Positions 27,874 to 42,601 are shown, counted from the first letter of the stretch. The stretch is 64,000 nucleotides of DNA from Narcine bancroftii (GCF_036971445.1 NC_091469.1:422778001-422842000); one strand, 5' to 3'. Numbers and translations are program-made. Notes: generated by a model not told the origin, from the sequence alone.

Positions 27874-29546
27874 AAGTGTATATAATTCAAAAAGGTCTAC
27901 TAAATAAGCATGAATTTTATTATATATTGGAATATTAAGTATACTGACACTTAAAAGAGAAACCTACCCGATTTTATTGTTGAACATACAGGTCAATTAG
28001 AATGATGAAAAAGAATATGGTATCTGAACTCCAGTTTAATACCAGGATTTTTTTTTTTTTTAAAAACCTGAACACCAAATGGAGAACAGCTCTATTCCAC
28101 ATCCTTCAACAACAGAACCAATTATATTGTGTACAAGGAGTGGAAATGAGCATTCAGACCAACCAGTGCACCCAAGTCGTTTCCTTTAACCAAATCTATA
28201 AGGATTTCCCTCTATTGCTTCTCCTCATTGATTATTCACTTTATACATTATTCCATTCATTTCCCTGTGGTAGCAAGTTTGATGTTTTAACTGTTGGGCT
28301 TTCTTGGCTTTGTTGGGTTTTCTTGGAGCCTTGTGTCATGATATTCCCGAAGGAGTAACCTTTCTGCAAAATCTGATCATAAATTTAAAGACCTCAGCAA
28401 CCCCACCACAAGAGAAAATAAAACCACTTTTTCTTTTCCTGAGATCTTTATCCTCATATCCGGTATGATTCTTATAAACCTTTGCTCCCACTTCAAATTC
28501 TTCAGACATGACAGAGAACTGCACAAACAAGTAGAAAAGTTATCTCCCTACACAGGTTTAGCACAATTTGGTCTAATCCTATTGCTTGCAAACAACCCTG
28601 GTTGGTTTGTTCATTTTCCAAAATAGCCTAACCCCAACTCAACTTTCAGAGATTAATACATTTCTCCTTCCAACCAAAACTTTTGCCTTCCAAATGACAA
28701 GCAAATTTTTCATTCCTCCAACCAAACCCAACACTTACGTATCCATTTTGAACTTCAGATGTCAATGAATTGAGATGTCAATTAGATTTTTTTTTTTAAA
28801 ACATCCTTCTGAAACCCATTTGTCCTTTTAAGTATTTAGTCTCCCTTTCTACCCATCAATTTGACATGACTGCAAATTTAGAAATCATGGATGTCAAAAT
28901 TGCAACAGGAATGCACACAACTCAATTGCACCACTCTGACCGCACATATTTCAAGGAGATGGAATAATGACCCATACAATTTTTTAAAAAATGGTTTAAA
29001 TTGCTTGATTGTTTCTCGCACCAAGAACTACAATCCATTTAAAAACGACTTCCACTAAATAATCCTGCAACATGAAAGAAACAATGTGCAGTAAAATGCA
29101 TTTATCCAGAAATTCAAGCAAACAGCAAAAAAAAGCAAAACAAATAGGTAAAATATACACAAGTTTAAAATTGGCATGCCTTGCCATTAGTTCACCAGTC
29201 GCACAACACCCAAACTCAAGCAACTGGAAAATTCACTTATCCAGCATCCACCAATCCCATAGGGTCCAGTTACCAGGGATTTTGCTGGATATGGACATTG
29301 TGGAATATCCATAAAGGCAAACAAAAACCACCAAATGATTTGGAGAGATTTCTACATTTATTGGTGCTTGTGGGTACTTACAACAATTAATTGCAGCTGA
29401 ACAACAAATTAGATTTTTTTTCCAAATTTGAACAACTTTTGAGGATTTCAGATCTCAATAGAAATATCAAACCTATTTTACCATCCACAAAAATTAAGTC
29501 AATATTCAAGTTAAATAACGTATTGCCTCCAAGGGAAAGATCCTTA

Positions 29547-29732
<186 letters not shown>

Positions 29733-31554
29733 TTAAATATACATTTTCAAACCTTAATCTAAATTAATCTATCTTTCCCCATTCTCACCTTTATCTTACA
29801 ATCAAGTTCAAGCTAACGTTGGAATTCAAAAGCATAATAGTTGATAATGGAGGAAACTGGTATCCCAAGTGAAGCGTGCTCATATGATGGCAGCAACCAA
29901 CAAGCAATATGGAAGCTTTTCAGGTTTCCGCACATTGCATTGGCCATAACCTGCATTAAAAAGATCAGCAGCAGCTCCTCAAACCTGTACACATCAGCTA
30001 ATTAGTCCCAAAGGTAAATGCTTATACAAAAACAAAAGTGCAGCCTTGCTGGAACATTGCTGTTTGTGAAACCTCAAAAACATGGACAAGTTGCACCAAT
30101 TAATAATACCAGGTGGCACAGCAGTTGAAAAAATGCACAAGAGTTTAAAAACATTTAATTTTCATTTAAATCATTTCTAAATATAGTACATATTTTGGAA
30201 TGTTTTGTATAAATTTTGTATTCATCTTTAAGAACTCCACTCTTCAGTGTACATTTTGTATATTGTTACACAAATGAAAACCATATGAGTGGATTACTAC
30301 ATCTGCACAAATACAGTGCATCCTGATGAATTGAAACATTAAATTATTATTCTCTCTCCCAAGTACTTCAAAAGAAGCTCTCAAGTATGGAGAAAATTAC
30401 CTATTTCTTGTGTACTTACTCTTAAAACTGTTAGAACAGATATACAAAATGCTCAGGCATAAAACAAGTACAAATCATCATGCAAATGCTTTATAATGCA
30501 TCACCCCAACTTTATTAAATGAACAATATTTCTCCTCAATGTAAAAAAGATGCAAATGGCAGTAACACTGACTTTCAAAGTGGAGGCAACTACACTTGGG
30601 AAGGTCATGGGATAAAGTTTCAAACAAAAATAGCCTATTTTTGCTCCTTCACATAAATGCTATTCTGCAGATCGAAAAACGGGGCAATCACTTGGGAATA
30701 TGGGTTACTTAAAGTCTGAAAAACACCATAAAATACAAACTAGAAAAGTTTTTTTGTTTAAATTTAATACTGCTTGATTGAGGAAAAACAAAATACAAAT
30801 CTTAAAATAGGATAACCTTGACTATGCACTTTAAAAATCTGAACAACGTGCAAAATCTATTTTCTTGATTATTAGTGATACATCTCAAAGTGCACTGATT
30901 TTGGTGAGCTCATGTCATCTGTCCATTACTTGCCCCAAGGTTATTTAGTGTCAGTCACAAAGATCAAACCAGCTGAAAATGAAGGATTCTCAGATTTGAA
31001 CAAAAAGATTTTGATTACAATAAAAAAAAATATCAGCCAACAACTAGTCAGATAAATACCCCAACTGGTTGGTAAGATTTGAACAATTTCTAATTCACTC
31101 AGTGACCACCTGCAAATAAGGTCATTCTATTGACTTAACTCTTCTAACCCCACAAAAAAAGGCAACTTTTCCCCTCAAACTTGATTTTTCAAACAACTGC
31201 TTACTATATCAGAACACCCAGAAATTCCTTAAATGGCATTTCCTAACAGTAAAATGGAAATTCATTGGTTTCCAAAATAAATGCCCAGAATTTACACAAA
31301 ATATATTTGAAGCCACTGGATAATTTTGCACAATTTTTTGAAGAAAATGTAATAATGCAAGCTTCACCATTTTGTGACATAATGAAAATGCAACTAAAAC
31401 AGTATACCCTATTATATCCTTTTATAAGTTAACTGGGGAAAAAAATTAGATTATGCCCTCAGCTGTGGGTGATTATAGATTGTAAAATGTAAATTTACGT
31501 TGCCAGGTATTGGTATTAAATATTTACTTATTAGAATTGATAATGATTTTTGAG

Positions 31555-32200
31555 GAATGTCACATGATGATGTATGGCCAGGATGAGAAATCTGGCTCCT
31601 TTGAGAAAAAGTTTTTAAAAAGTGGAGAAGTTTGAAATTCATCTGAATTTGCTGTAAACTAACAAAGAAAAGAAGCAGAAGAAATTATAGAGAAGACAGA
31701 AGAAAAAGGGCCTACCTTGGAGAAGACGGGACATGTGGTGGTCTAGTCTTCAATCAAAGAGGACTTCCCAGCGAGCTGCAGCATCCCTGCAACAACAGGG
31801 ACACCCGGATGCGTCGGGGATGGGAGCGACTCGATTGCGCATGTGCGAGGAGTCTCACATGAGCAGTCGACAGCAACAGGAGGCCCTGTCAGAATAGCCC
31901 AGTAAGCCCAATAGACAGGTTCCCTGGCAGTCCAAGAGGCTGTCTGAGGAGCTTGCAGAAAAAAAAAGGAAGAGGGGGAAGAACAAAGCTCAGAGGAAAT
32001 GTTGGAAGTAGGAGTAAGAAAGTTAAAGCTATCCCTAAAGTTCAAGATACACTGATTATGAAAGAGATGACATTAATAAGATGTGATATTAAGATATCAG
32101 AGGCTAAAGTAATAAAAAGATATAGAAAAAGCACCAGTAAATGGAAAAAAAAATTCAAATAATTAATTTGGAAAATCAATTTCTTCAAGAAAATAAAATA
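31555..32200 (+). mobile_element. L1-like 5' end/ORF1 remnant
   Basis: GTCACATGATG 5' motif, as at 421-430 and 13505, then A-rich coiled-coil-like coding remnants. Confidence 0.45.
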
Positions 32201-32202
32201 AA

Positions 32203-33690
32203 GTGGATGAAGGATTAGAGCAAGTCCAGATTCTGGACTGGGTGCTGTGCAGCGACGCAGACTTAATAAGTGACCTTGATGTAGGGAAGCCATTAGGGAA
32301 TAGTGACCATGGTATGGTTACTTTTAAGCTGCAATTAGAAAGGGAAATGGAAAGGAAGTCAGAAGCATCTGTACTTCAGTTAAATAAAGGGAATTTTGCT
32401 GCTATGAGGGAGGAGCTATCCAAAATAAAATGGGAAGATACACTAGCTGGGAGGACAACTGGGGAAAAATGGCAGGTAGGTTTTTATGGACATTTTTCAC
32501 AGGATTCAGGACAAATTTATTCCAAAGTGGAGGAAAGGCTCTAGGAGATGCAAATGGCAGCCCTGGCTAACTAAGGAAATCAAGTGCATTATCAAGTCCA
32601 AAGGGAGTAATTATAAGATAGCAAAGCAGAGTGGGAAATTAGAGGATTGGGAAACCTTCAAAGAACATCAGAGGGTAACTAAGAAAGCCATAAGAGACGG
32701 GAAAATGAAGTACGAGAGGAAATTAGCAGATAATATTGCGGAGGATAGCAAAAGCTTTTTTAAGTATGTGAAGAGGAAGAAATTGGTTCGGTCTAAAATT
32801 GGCCCTTTGAAAATGGGCAAGGGTGAAATTATTACCGGAAACAAGGAGATGGCAGAGGAATTTAACAAATACTTTGCAACTGTCTTCACCAAGGAGGATA
32901 TAGGTTATAGTCAGTTAGGGGGTAGTGGTCATGCGGTACCAAGAGACTTGGGGAACTTTACTGGGGAGGTAGGGGATCTAATGGATATCCGGATCCAGAA
33001 GCAGGAGGTTATGAGTAAATTGTTGGGACTGAGGGCTGATAAATCCCCAGGGCCTGATGGGCTGCATCCTAGGGTGTTTAAAGAGGTGGCCATGGAAATT
33101 GTGGAGGCACTGGTCAACATTTTCCAAAGTTCCATAGATTCCGGGGAGGTCCCTGAGGACTGGAGAGTGGCTGATGTGGTGCCGCTTTTTAAGAAAGGAG
33201 GGAGGAAGAAATCGGGAAATTATAGACCGGTCAGCCTGACATCAGTGGTGGGGAAGATATTGGAGTCCATCATAAAAGGAGAAATAGCAGAACACTTAGT
33301 CAGTAATAATAGTATAAGGGCGAGTCAGCATGGATTCCTTAAGGGTAAGTCATGCTTGATTAACCTTCTGGAATTTTTTGAGGATGTGACAAAGAGGGTG
33401 GACTCGGGAGAGCCAGTGGATGTGGTGTATTTGGACTTCCAGAAGGCCTTTGATAAGGTACCGCACGGGAGTCTAGTGGGCAAGATCAGGGAGCATGGTA
33501 TTGGAGGTAAGGTGCTGACATGGATAGGAAATTGGTTAAGAGATAGGAAACAAAGGGTTGGAATAAATGGGTCTTTTTCAGAATGGCAGGATGTGACGAG
33601 CGGAGTGCCTCAGGGATCGGTGTTGGGTCCTCAGTTGTTTGTAATTTATGTTAATGATTTGGATGAGGGGATTATAAATAACATTTCAAG
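32203..33690 (+). mobile_element. CR1-clade LINE internal fragment with 409-aa uninterrupted ORF (32486-33715)
   Basis: LGNSDH (end of endonuclease), [53 protein letters not shown]. Breaks just before the FADD motif. Confidence 0.92.
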
Positions 33691-34004
33691 CTGGAAAGCT
33701 ATATTCTTGAGGTGAAAGAAATCTGGAAGTGGTTTGTAAAATTGTAGAGATGAGTCTAACATACTCTGAGGAGCCAGAGATATGCTGACTGATTCCTGCC
33801 GAACAATGGACGTTATTTTGCGACTTTAGTCGTACCCCGAAAAATGGAGGGTGGTAGCATTATTGGGACTTTATGACAATGCTCAAGGGGGCCTGACTTT
33901 TCTATTTTTTTCCCCAAGTATTCAATCGTATTTATTTTTATATTTAAGAGGTTGGTGAAGAGCCAGAGACTGATGAAGGGGAAATCATGAAAAGGAGAAG
34001 TGTA

Positions 34005-35144
34005 AGAAATTAAATTTTTTTACAATGAGTAAAGGATTAAAATTTGAGTTTTAATGTAAATGGGCTTCAAAACCTGATAAAGAGAAATAGTTTTGACAGG
34101 TTAATAATTGAAAGTAGATATTGCTTTTCAACAAGAAACACATTTAATTGAAAAAGAGCATCAAAAATTAAAAAGGGATTGGGTTGGAATGGTAGTGGCA
34201 TCTCATTTTAATACAAATACTAGAGTTGTAGCAATTTTGATAAATAAAAATCTGATTAAAATACATAATGCAGTTTGATTGGTTTGTTTTAATAAATTGT
34301 CAGATTTTTTTCTGAACAGTAGACTAATGAATATTTATGCACCAAATGTGGATAGTAAATTTATACAAGAAACTTTTTTTTAAATATGGAGGAGGCTAAT
34401 GAAAATATTTTAGTGGGTGGAGATTTTAATTTTTTGCCTTGACGCTTTATTGGATAGATCTACAAAGAGTGTGTCAAAATCTAACACAGTAAAAACAACT
34501 TTGTCATTAATGCAAGACCTGAATTTGGTTGATATTTGGAGAAGGATATATCCTGGAGAAAGGGACTATTTATTTTATTCTAACAGTCACATTCTAGAAT
34601 TGTTTTTGTTATCAGCAAGTCTTCAAAGTAGGGAACAACCTACCAATTACATTAATTGGCCAAGTAAATTATGTTAAGATGAATATTTTTCCATGGGTGC
34701 AATATTTATTTTAATCTTTACCCATTGATAATCGTAAAAAAGGTTTTTTAAGAATCTAAACAAAATTATAAGGACATTCTTGAGAAAAAGCAAGATGTCA
34801 AGAATTTCAATGGATAAATCAACTTGAAGATTTGAATCGGGAGGTCAAAAACTTACAATTTTGAGTATTATTATAAGACAGCCAACTATGATTTATTATA
34901 GATTGTTATCAAGGCAGATGTTTAATGACATTTGACCAAATGAAAGCTAAATATGGCATGCAAAATAATAAAATATTTGGTTATTATCAATTAAAGGCTT
35001 ATGTACAAGATTAACTACATCTTATTTTCTGTTGGGTGATGAAATAGAAACAATAATATCAAATCCAAATATAAAAAAGTTCATATCAGTTATGTATTCA
35101 TTATTTTTGAGGGGAGTAAAGAAAGATTTTCATAAATCTAAATC
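34005..35144 (+). mobile_element. Old, internally deleted L1 ORF2 (endonuclease and post-RT remnants); continues at about 38892-39390
   Basis: FNVNGL, QETHL, NIYAPN, GGDFN motifs. The reading DFHKSK resumes as KWEMDLG after the younger insert. Confidence 0.7.
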
Positions 35145-38100
35145 TATCACAGTTGAATTTACCGATATTAGAGGATGCAGATATACAGGAGTTAGAAGAA
35201 CCATTTACTGATTCGGAAATTAAAATGGCTATGATGGAAACGCCAAATGGTAAATTGCCTGGTGATGATGGATTTTCAGTTGAATTTTATAAAATTTTTA
35301 ATGATGATTTATCTACAGTGTTTGGAGATGTATTACGTCAAGTTGGAGAACATTATGAACTACCTGAGTCTTGTTCTAGTGCTTTAATTACAGTAATCCC
35401 AAAAAAGATAGAGATCCTTTCAAAGTATCTTCATATAGACCAATTTTGTTGTTAAATGTAGATAATAAAATAATAGCTAAAATATTAGCGAATATATTGG
35501 CTAAATTTTTACCCAAGTTGATTCATATGGATCAAACAGGTTTTATAAAGAATAGATATGCTTCAGATAATACTTTGCGCGTGATTGGTTTGATTAATAG
35601 ATTTCGACAATCTTCAGATCACCCGATGGTGATATCTTTAGATGCAGAAAAAGCATTTGATAGAGTTGAATGGAATTTTTTGTTTAAAGTTTTGGAGAAA
35701 TTTAAGTTTGGTCCTTTCTTTATTGGTTGGATTAGGGCTCTATATAGTAAACCGGCAGCTAGAGTATTGACAAATAGTTTGATTTCGAAACCTTTTAAAT
35801 TGACTCAATCAACTCATCAAGGTTGTCCTTTATCACCAGGTTTGTTTGCGTTAGTGATTGAACCTTTAGCCCAGCTGATAAGACAAAATACACAGATACA
35901 AGGTATGAAAGTTTTAGAGGAGGAATATAAAATTAATTTATTTGCTGATGATGTATTGGTGTATTTAATAAACCCAGCTCAGTCACTTTTGCACTCGAAG
36001 GGGTGTTTAATACAATATGGATGTCTTTCTGGATTTAAAGTTAATTGGGAAAAAAGTGAAATTTCACTGGTAAGTGAAGGAGATTATTTAGTTTATAATA
36101 TTATTAATTTGTAATGGACTGATCTAATTAAATATTTGGGTATAATTTTGAATGTTAATTATCAATCTTTATATAAATTAAATTATGTTCCGTTAATAAA
36201 AAAAATTAAAACTGATTTTATTAAATGGAAAGATTTCCCTATTAATTTATTGGGTAGGATAAATAAAATTAAGATTAATATTTTTCCGCATATACAATAT
36301 TTGTTTCAATCTATTCCGTATTTATTTGATAATTTTTTTCCCGAGATTTGAATAAAATGGTTAGGGAGTTTTTATGGAGAGGTAAATTTTCGAGAGTAGC
36401 TTTGAATAAATTAACTTGGAAATATGAGTTAGGGGGATTACGTTTACCACATTTTCAAAATTATGAAACAGCCCAACTTAAATTTATTAGTTCATTGATG
36501 GATTTGGCACGGCCTCCTAGTTGGGCCAAAATTGAGATGGCAAATATTTCTGAATTTAATTTAAAGTTCATATCAATTTTTGTTCAGATGGAATATAAAT
36601 TTGTTACAGCAATATAATGTACCTATACTAAAACATTTAATGAAGTTACGGATAAAGAAAAATAAAATGATAGGCTCTTGGGGTGAATTATCGGCTTTGA
36701 CTCCGTTGTATAATAATCAACTTATTTCTTTTTCAATACATAATCGAAGTTTATTGCATTGGAGATTTAAAGGTGTGAAAAATTTGGGAGATTGTTTTAA
36801 AGAGGGTAAATTTTTATCTTTCATTCAGATGAGGGACAGTTTTGGTATTGATAAGAACTCTTTGTTTCTCTATTATCAAATTCGATCTTTGGTAAAACAT
36901 ATGTTTGGTAGAGATATGATTTTACCTGAAATGACTAAATTTGAGACTTTTCTTATGAAGGTATCAGAGAAGGGTTATATTTCATCTATGTATCAAATAC
37001 TACAGGATGGTATGGATAAAAAGGGATGGGATAGATCTAAAAGTAAATGGGAAGCGGATACTGGTTTTATTTTTTCCCGAGGATGATTGGTTAGATATCA
37101 GTTATGATAGTGCAACTAGATTGATAAATGTACGTTATGCATTGATTAACTATAATTTTTTACATCAATTATACTTAACACCTGAAAAATTTAAAAAGTA
37201 TGAATCAGATTTGTGTTTTAGATGTGGTAATACAGTTGGAACTTTTTTTCATGCTGTTTGGTCATGTATACATATATGTATACATGAAAGACCTCAACAA
37301 TGAAGACGCTGTTTACATCCGGTACCGCACGGATGGCAGTCTCTTCAATCTGAGGCGCCTGCAAGCTCACACCAAGACACAAGAGAAACTTGTCCGTGAA
37401 CTACTCTTTGCAGACGATGCCACTTTAGTTGCCCATTCAGAGCCAGCTCTTCAGCGCTTGACATCCTGTTTTCCGGAAACTGCTAAAATGTTTGGCCTGG
37501 AAGTCAGCCTGAAGAAAACTGAGGTCCTCCATCAGCCAGCTCCCCACCATGACTACCAGCCCCCCCACATCTCCATCGGGCACACAAAACTCAGAACGGT
37601 CAACCAGTTTACCTATCGCGGCTGCACCATTTCATCGGATGCAAGGATCGACAACGAGATAGACAACAGACTCGCCAAGGCAAATAGCGCCTTTGGAAGA
37701 CTACACAAAAGAGTCTGGAAAAACAACCAACTGAAAAACCTCACAAAGATTAGCCATTGTCATACCCACACTCCTGTTGGCTCCGAATCATGGGTCCTCT
37801 ACTGGCATCACCTACGGCTCCTAGAACGCTTCCACCAGTGTTGTCTCCGCTCCATCCTCAACATTCATTGGAGTGACTTCATCCCTAACATCGAAGTACT
37901 CGAGATGGCAGAGGCCGACAGCATCGAATCCACGCGCTGGGTAGGTCATGTCTCCAGAACAGAGGACCATCGCCTTCCCAAGATTGTGTTATATGGCGAG
38001 CTCTCCACTGGCCACTGTGACAGAGGTGCACCAAAGAAGAGGTACAAGGACTGCCTAAAGAAATCTCTTGGTGCCTGCCACATTGACCACCGCCAGTGGG

Positions 38101-38891
38101 CTGATATCGCCTCAAACCGTGCATCTTGGCGCCTCACAGTTCGGCGGGCAGCAACCTCCTTTGAAGAAGACCGCAGAGCCCACCTCACTGACAAAAGACA
38201 AAGGAGGAAAAAACCAACACCCAACCCCAACCAACCAATTTTCCCCTGCAACCGTGTCTGCCTGTCCCGCATCAGACTTGTCAGCCACAAACGAGCCTGT
38301 AGCTGACGTGGACATTTGCCCCTCCATAAATCTTCATCTGCGAAGCCAAGCCAAAGAAAAAGAACATATACAATCTTTTTGGAAGAAAATTCAATTGTTT
38401 TTAGAATACCTGTATAAGATTAAAATACTTTTAGATCCGACAGTATTTTTATTGGGTAGTTTGCAACCTCTGAAAGGCTTGGGATTAGATAAGTTTCAGC
38501 TTGCTTTTGTATATTTAGCTTTATCTGTAGCGAAAAAATGTATTGCTGGTACATGGAAAGATACAAATATGATTGATATTAATAGATGGCATAATGAGAT
38601 GAGATATTGTTTAATAATGGAAAAATTACGTATGTTTTGCGTGATAATTATAGTTTTTTTTATCAATAAGTGGTTGTTATATTCAGAATATTTACATTTC
38701 AATTTACATTGATTAGATCTTAATATGCATATTTAATTTTTCTTTAATATTTTTTCTTTCTTTATTGCTCTCCTTAGGAGAGTTAGCTAAGGGGGGGGGT
38801 TCTTTTCTTTTTTTTCTATATATATAAAAAATAAATGTTCATGTTTATGGTTAATTGTTGTATGTCATGTACTATTTGTTTTTTGAACGAA
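35145..38891 (+). mobile_element. Younger 5'-truncated L1-clade LINE (RT to poly-A), itself interrupted by an RTE
   Basis: ORF pieces [44 protein letters not shown]. Ends in AATAAATAAAGTTACAAAAAAA. Confidence 0.9.
37277..38363 (+). mobile_element. RTE-clade LINE 3' portion inserted in L1, 7-bp TSD ACATATA
   Basis: YRTDGSLFNLRRL...ELLFADD...RLAKANSAFGRL...RLPKIVLYGEL. GC-rich relative to the flanks. TSD at 37270-37276 and 38364-38370. Confidence 0.9.
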
Positions 38892-39479
38892 TAAATAAAG
38901 TTACAAAAAAAATGGGAAATGGACCTGGGTATAGATATAAATGATAAAAATTGGACAAAAATATGTTATGACAGAATAAAAAATACAATAAATATTGTAT
39001 GGTGCAATACAATTTCATACATCAGTTATATATTATGCCACAAAAGCTTAATAAATTGAAGTCAGGTATTTTGGATAAGAATTTTCAATGTAAACAGGAC
39101 ACAGGCACGGTTTTACATTCTTCAAGGAAAACCCCAAATTGAATTCTTTTAGGACCAATTTAATAGATTTTTTTCAACAGGTAATTGGTGTTAAACTCCC
39201 AAGAAACCCCATGTTGTTTCTTTTGGGGGATATATCAAGTATTAGTTCAGATTTAAAAATGGATTGGTTTCAAAAATAATAAAAAACACATTGGCAGTTC
39301 CAAGGAAATATATCGCTGTTTCATGGAAATTTAATACAGATTTGGTATTAGATGGGTGGCATGGTGAAATAAGTAACCACATTACGTGAATTGATACGTC
39401 CTAGATTGATGTTACCTAATCAAAGTGAATTAGAATTACTGATCTGTAATACTACTGTAAATAAAATTTATTTCATTAA

Positions 39480-40350
39480 TGTATAATTTACTTCAAACGA
39501 AAGACCCAAAAATTGAGGTGCATAAATAAAGATTGGAAGATGGGAAGTAGATTTACAGACACAAATAAATGAAAAGGATTGGATGGAGTTATGCAAGAGC
39601 AATATGAATGAAATTATAATTTTAAGATATAGGTTAGTCCAATATTTTTTTATATCAATTATATTTCATTCCACAAAAATGAAATTTATTAAATCTTGCT
39701 ACATCAGTCTTATGATTTAGGTGTAAATCTGAGATTTTTTTTGCATTCAACTTGGCAATGTCCTAAAGTTAGACAATTTTGTTGATGGGAGGGGTGGGGA
39801 GAGGAAGTAATTTTTTGGAATGAATTATAGGGGTCAAATTCCCACAGGATCCAATGTTATTTTTATAGAGTAATATTAAGGTTGCAAGGCCAAAATTAAA
39901 AATAAACGTTTTAAATTAAATTTGTGTTAATTGCTTTAGCAGTTTCTAGGAAATGTATAGAAATATCATGGAAATCAGAAATACATTTAGGTATGGAAAG
40001 ATGGCATGCAGAACTTCAGTTGTATACCATTGTAATCTGTGAGATTAATATTGTATTTTTTGGAAAATTTGGCACCTATATTTACAAAATTTGGGTTTGC
40101 ATGTTTAATAGACTCTCTGAAGACCTCACTTCTTGGTAACTCCAATATAGATTTTATAGTGTAAATGTTTTATTTTCTTGGTATCTTCTTGTTTTTCTTT
40201 CTTTCTTTTTCTAGGGATTGGGGGAGGGGAGGTGGGCTGGTGGGAAGCGATTGTATATGCCACATATATAATTTTTTTGAAATCATTTCTGGAAATGAAT
40301 GTAATGTAATTATCACTGAGGTTTAAAATTTATAAATAAAATAATAAAAA
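39480..40350 (+). mobile_element. L1-clade 3' fragment with G-rich UTR and A-rich tail
   Basis: WEVDLQTQINEKDW and IALAVSRKCI...SWKS motifs; AATAAAATAATAAAAA end. Confidence 0.7.
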
Positions 40351-40589
40351 ATAGTATACTCTAAATTCCCAGCAGGCAAAGAATTCCTGAAGGAACTCGA
40401 GCAGATCAGACAGCACCTGTGGGTAGAAATAGTCAATGACTCCTTTCTCACATCCTTTCTCAAGACAATAAAAGTGGCAAAACTTTAAAAATAAAGGAAA
40501 GAAGCAGCAGGAAGGGCCCAGAGGTACAAACGGAAAAGGACAGAAGTTGGGTGAGGAGGGCACAGTTAGAGTAGTGATTTGCCCAACGC

Positions 40590-40900
40590 TTAAAGAAATC
40601 TCTTGGTGCCTGCCACATTGACCACCGCCAGTGGGCCGATATCGCCTCTAACCGTGCATCTTAGTGCCTCACAGTTCGGCGGGCAGCAACCTCCTTTGAA
40701 GAAGACCGCAGAGCCCACCTCACTGATAAAAGACAAAGGAGGAAAAACCCAACACCCAACCCCAACCAAACAATTTTCCCTTGCAACCGCTCCTGCCTGT
40801 CCTGCATCAGACTGGTCAGTCACCAACGAGCCTGCAGCAGACGTGGACATACCCCTCCATAAATCTTCGTCCACGAAGCCAAGCCAAAGAAAGAGAAAGA
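40590..40900 (+). mobile_element. Second RTE 3'-end copy
   Basis: Highly similar to 38055-38363, including the GCCAAGCCAAAGAAA tail. Confidence 0.88.
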
Positions 40901-42601
40901 TTATAGAACTAGCAACCAGTGTTCAAATCTGATGCTGCCTGTAGTGAGTTCATGTATTGTCCTGCATTGGTTTCCTCTGGGTGCTCTGGTTTCCTCCCAC
41001 CTTCCAAAAAAGATACAGGTCTGAAGGTTAATTGGTCTATTTCAGCAGCACCAGCTCATGAGCCGGAAGGGCCTGTTGTAACTCTAAATTTAAAAATTAA
41101 AATGATACCTGACTAAATCAGTACCTGTAGCATTTTCTCATTTTATTTTAGCTTTATGACATTTGCAATCTGTTTTGTTTTTCGATCAATGCATCAGAGA
41201 CAAAATTAATCAGAAACTACAATGTGACCAGCAGCAGATCACATATTATTGGATATCACACAAAATTAGAAAATCATTTGAGTATTTAGTAGGATTTACA
41301 GTTGAGAAAAGATGATGTTAATCTCAATCAGGTGGAGGTTAAGAACAGATTTATTGGGCCAAAAGTTCATTAAGATAAAGAATATTTTGATTTCATCTTT
41401 GCAGCTTTTAAGTTTGTAATCATTCAAATAATACTCAATTCCAGAGCAACTTAAATAGAGCAATCATATTTGATAGCACAAACAAAAGACACCAGGGCTT
41501 AACATGCAGAAAATACATGCATGGATGTAAAAATTGCTCTGCAGGTTTTTAATCATGATACTATCAGTGCTAAATTAGAGTAGTTTTGTGTTGAAGACAT
41601 GCTAGCTTCTAACAGGTTTGATTATCAATACAGTACTTGGTTTTCATTTATGATTCTCATTCAAACAAATGTGTAATTACTTGTCAGGCTTAAAAGCAAA
41701 AACTGTAACTCACTGGACCAACACAATTCTGACCATAATTCAAATTCGTTGCAGGAGGACCTAAACTGAAAACTCATCTCTAAAGTCCTGTTGCAACAAA
41801 CAAAAATTCAAACCCTTAAGCACAAGTTTTAAGGTAATGCCCTTAGACAAAGGAAGGAGAAACTGGTCAGGCATTAAAACAAGAACGGCCTTGCCAGTTA
41901 CAAGCTAACCAAGCAACAATTGGAGAATGCTTTTGCAACTTACTCATCTTTATTTTCTACACATGGAGATTTGCCTAAAAAGTAAGTTGAGCCAAAATAG
42001 ATTTAGGATTGAACCTTGCAACAAGTCGTGCAAAATAATCAAAGGCAATTTGATAATTTATGAAATTAGTAAATTCAATAAATTAATGCACTGAATTGTC
42101 CAGTTGTTCAAACCAAAAAATTTGTGTTTGATGCAATCCTTGACTGCATAGCAAGATGCAACTCCCTCAATTTTTGCTTCCAATGGGTTCCCAAATGCAT
42201 ATCAATATTAGGCAGAACAGATATGAAGTTGGCTGCAAGGCCCTTAATCCAGTGTGTTGCACCCACTAAATAACAATAGTACCACCAAAACAAACAGTCA
42301 TTTGAATGGAGTACCATTTAAAGATGTACTCCACAAGGCAAACAATTTTTTTTAAAAAGGAGCAGCAAAATAATGCTAAAATAACTGGCAAATTTAAATC
42401 CTGTAGGATATTTTAAAACTATAATACTGCTACACAGTAAAAGAGAATTTTGAAGCACAACTAAGACTTTGGAATCTCTGCAATTTTAGGGCCTTCAAAG
42501 CAAACAATTTTTCAATAAAAGGGAGAGGAATAATGTAATTTACCTCCCATCCTTTTAGAATAAAAAGGGCAAGAATAGTTTGCCCAATGAACTATGTAAA
42601 C

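Noticed and set aside
28000-28760. Possible Gypsy integrase remnant on the minus strand (EEFEVGAKVY)
   Set aside because: Too decayed to support by eye.
29900-29950. Possible CBX3 upstream coding exon (ttttaatgcag|GTTATGGCC..., resembling mammalian ATGGCC)
   Set aside because: No good donor in the phase needed to join 29689; only weak GT sites are available.
37200-38712. 368-aa and 214-aa ORFs as a novel gene
   Set aside because: Chance fusions of L1 and RTE frames across the insertion junctions.
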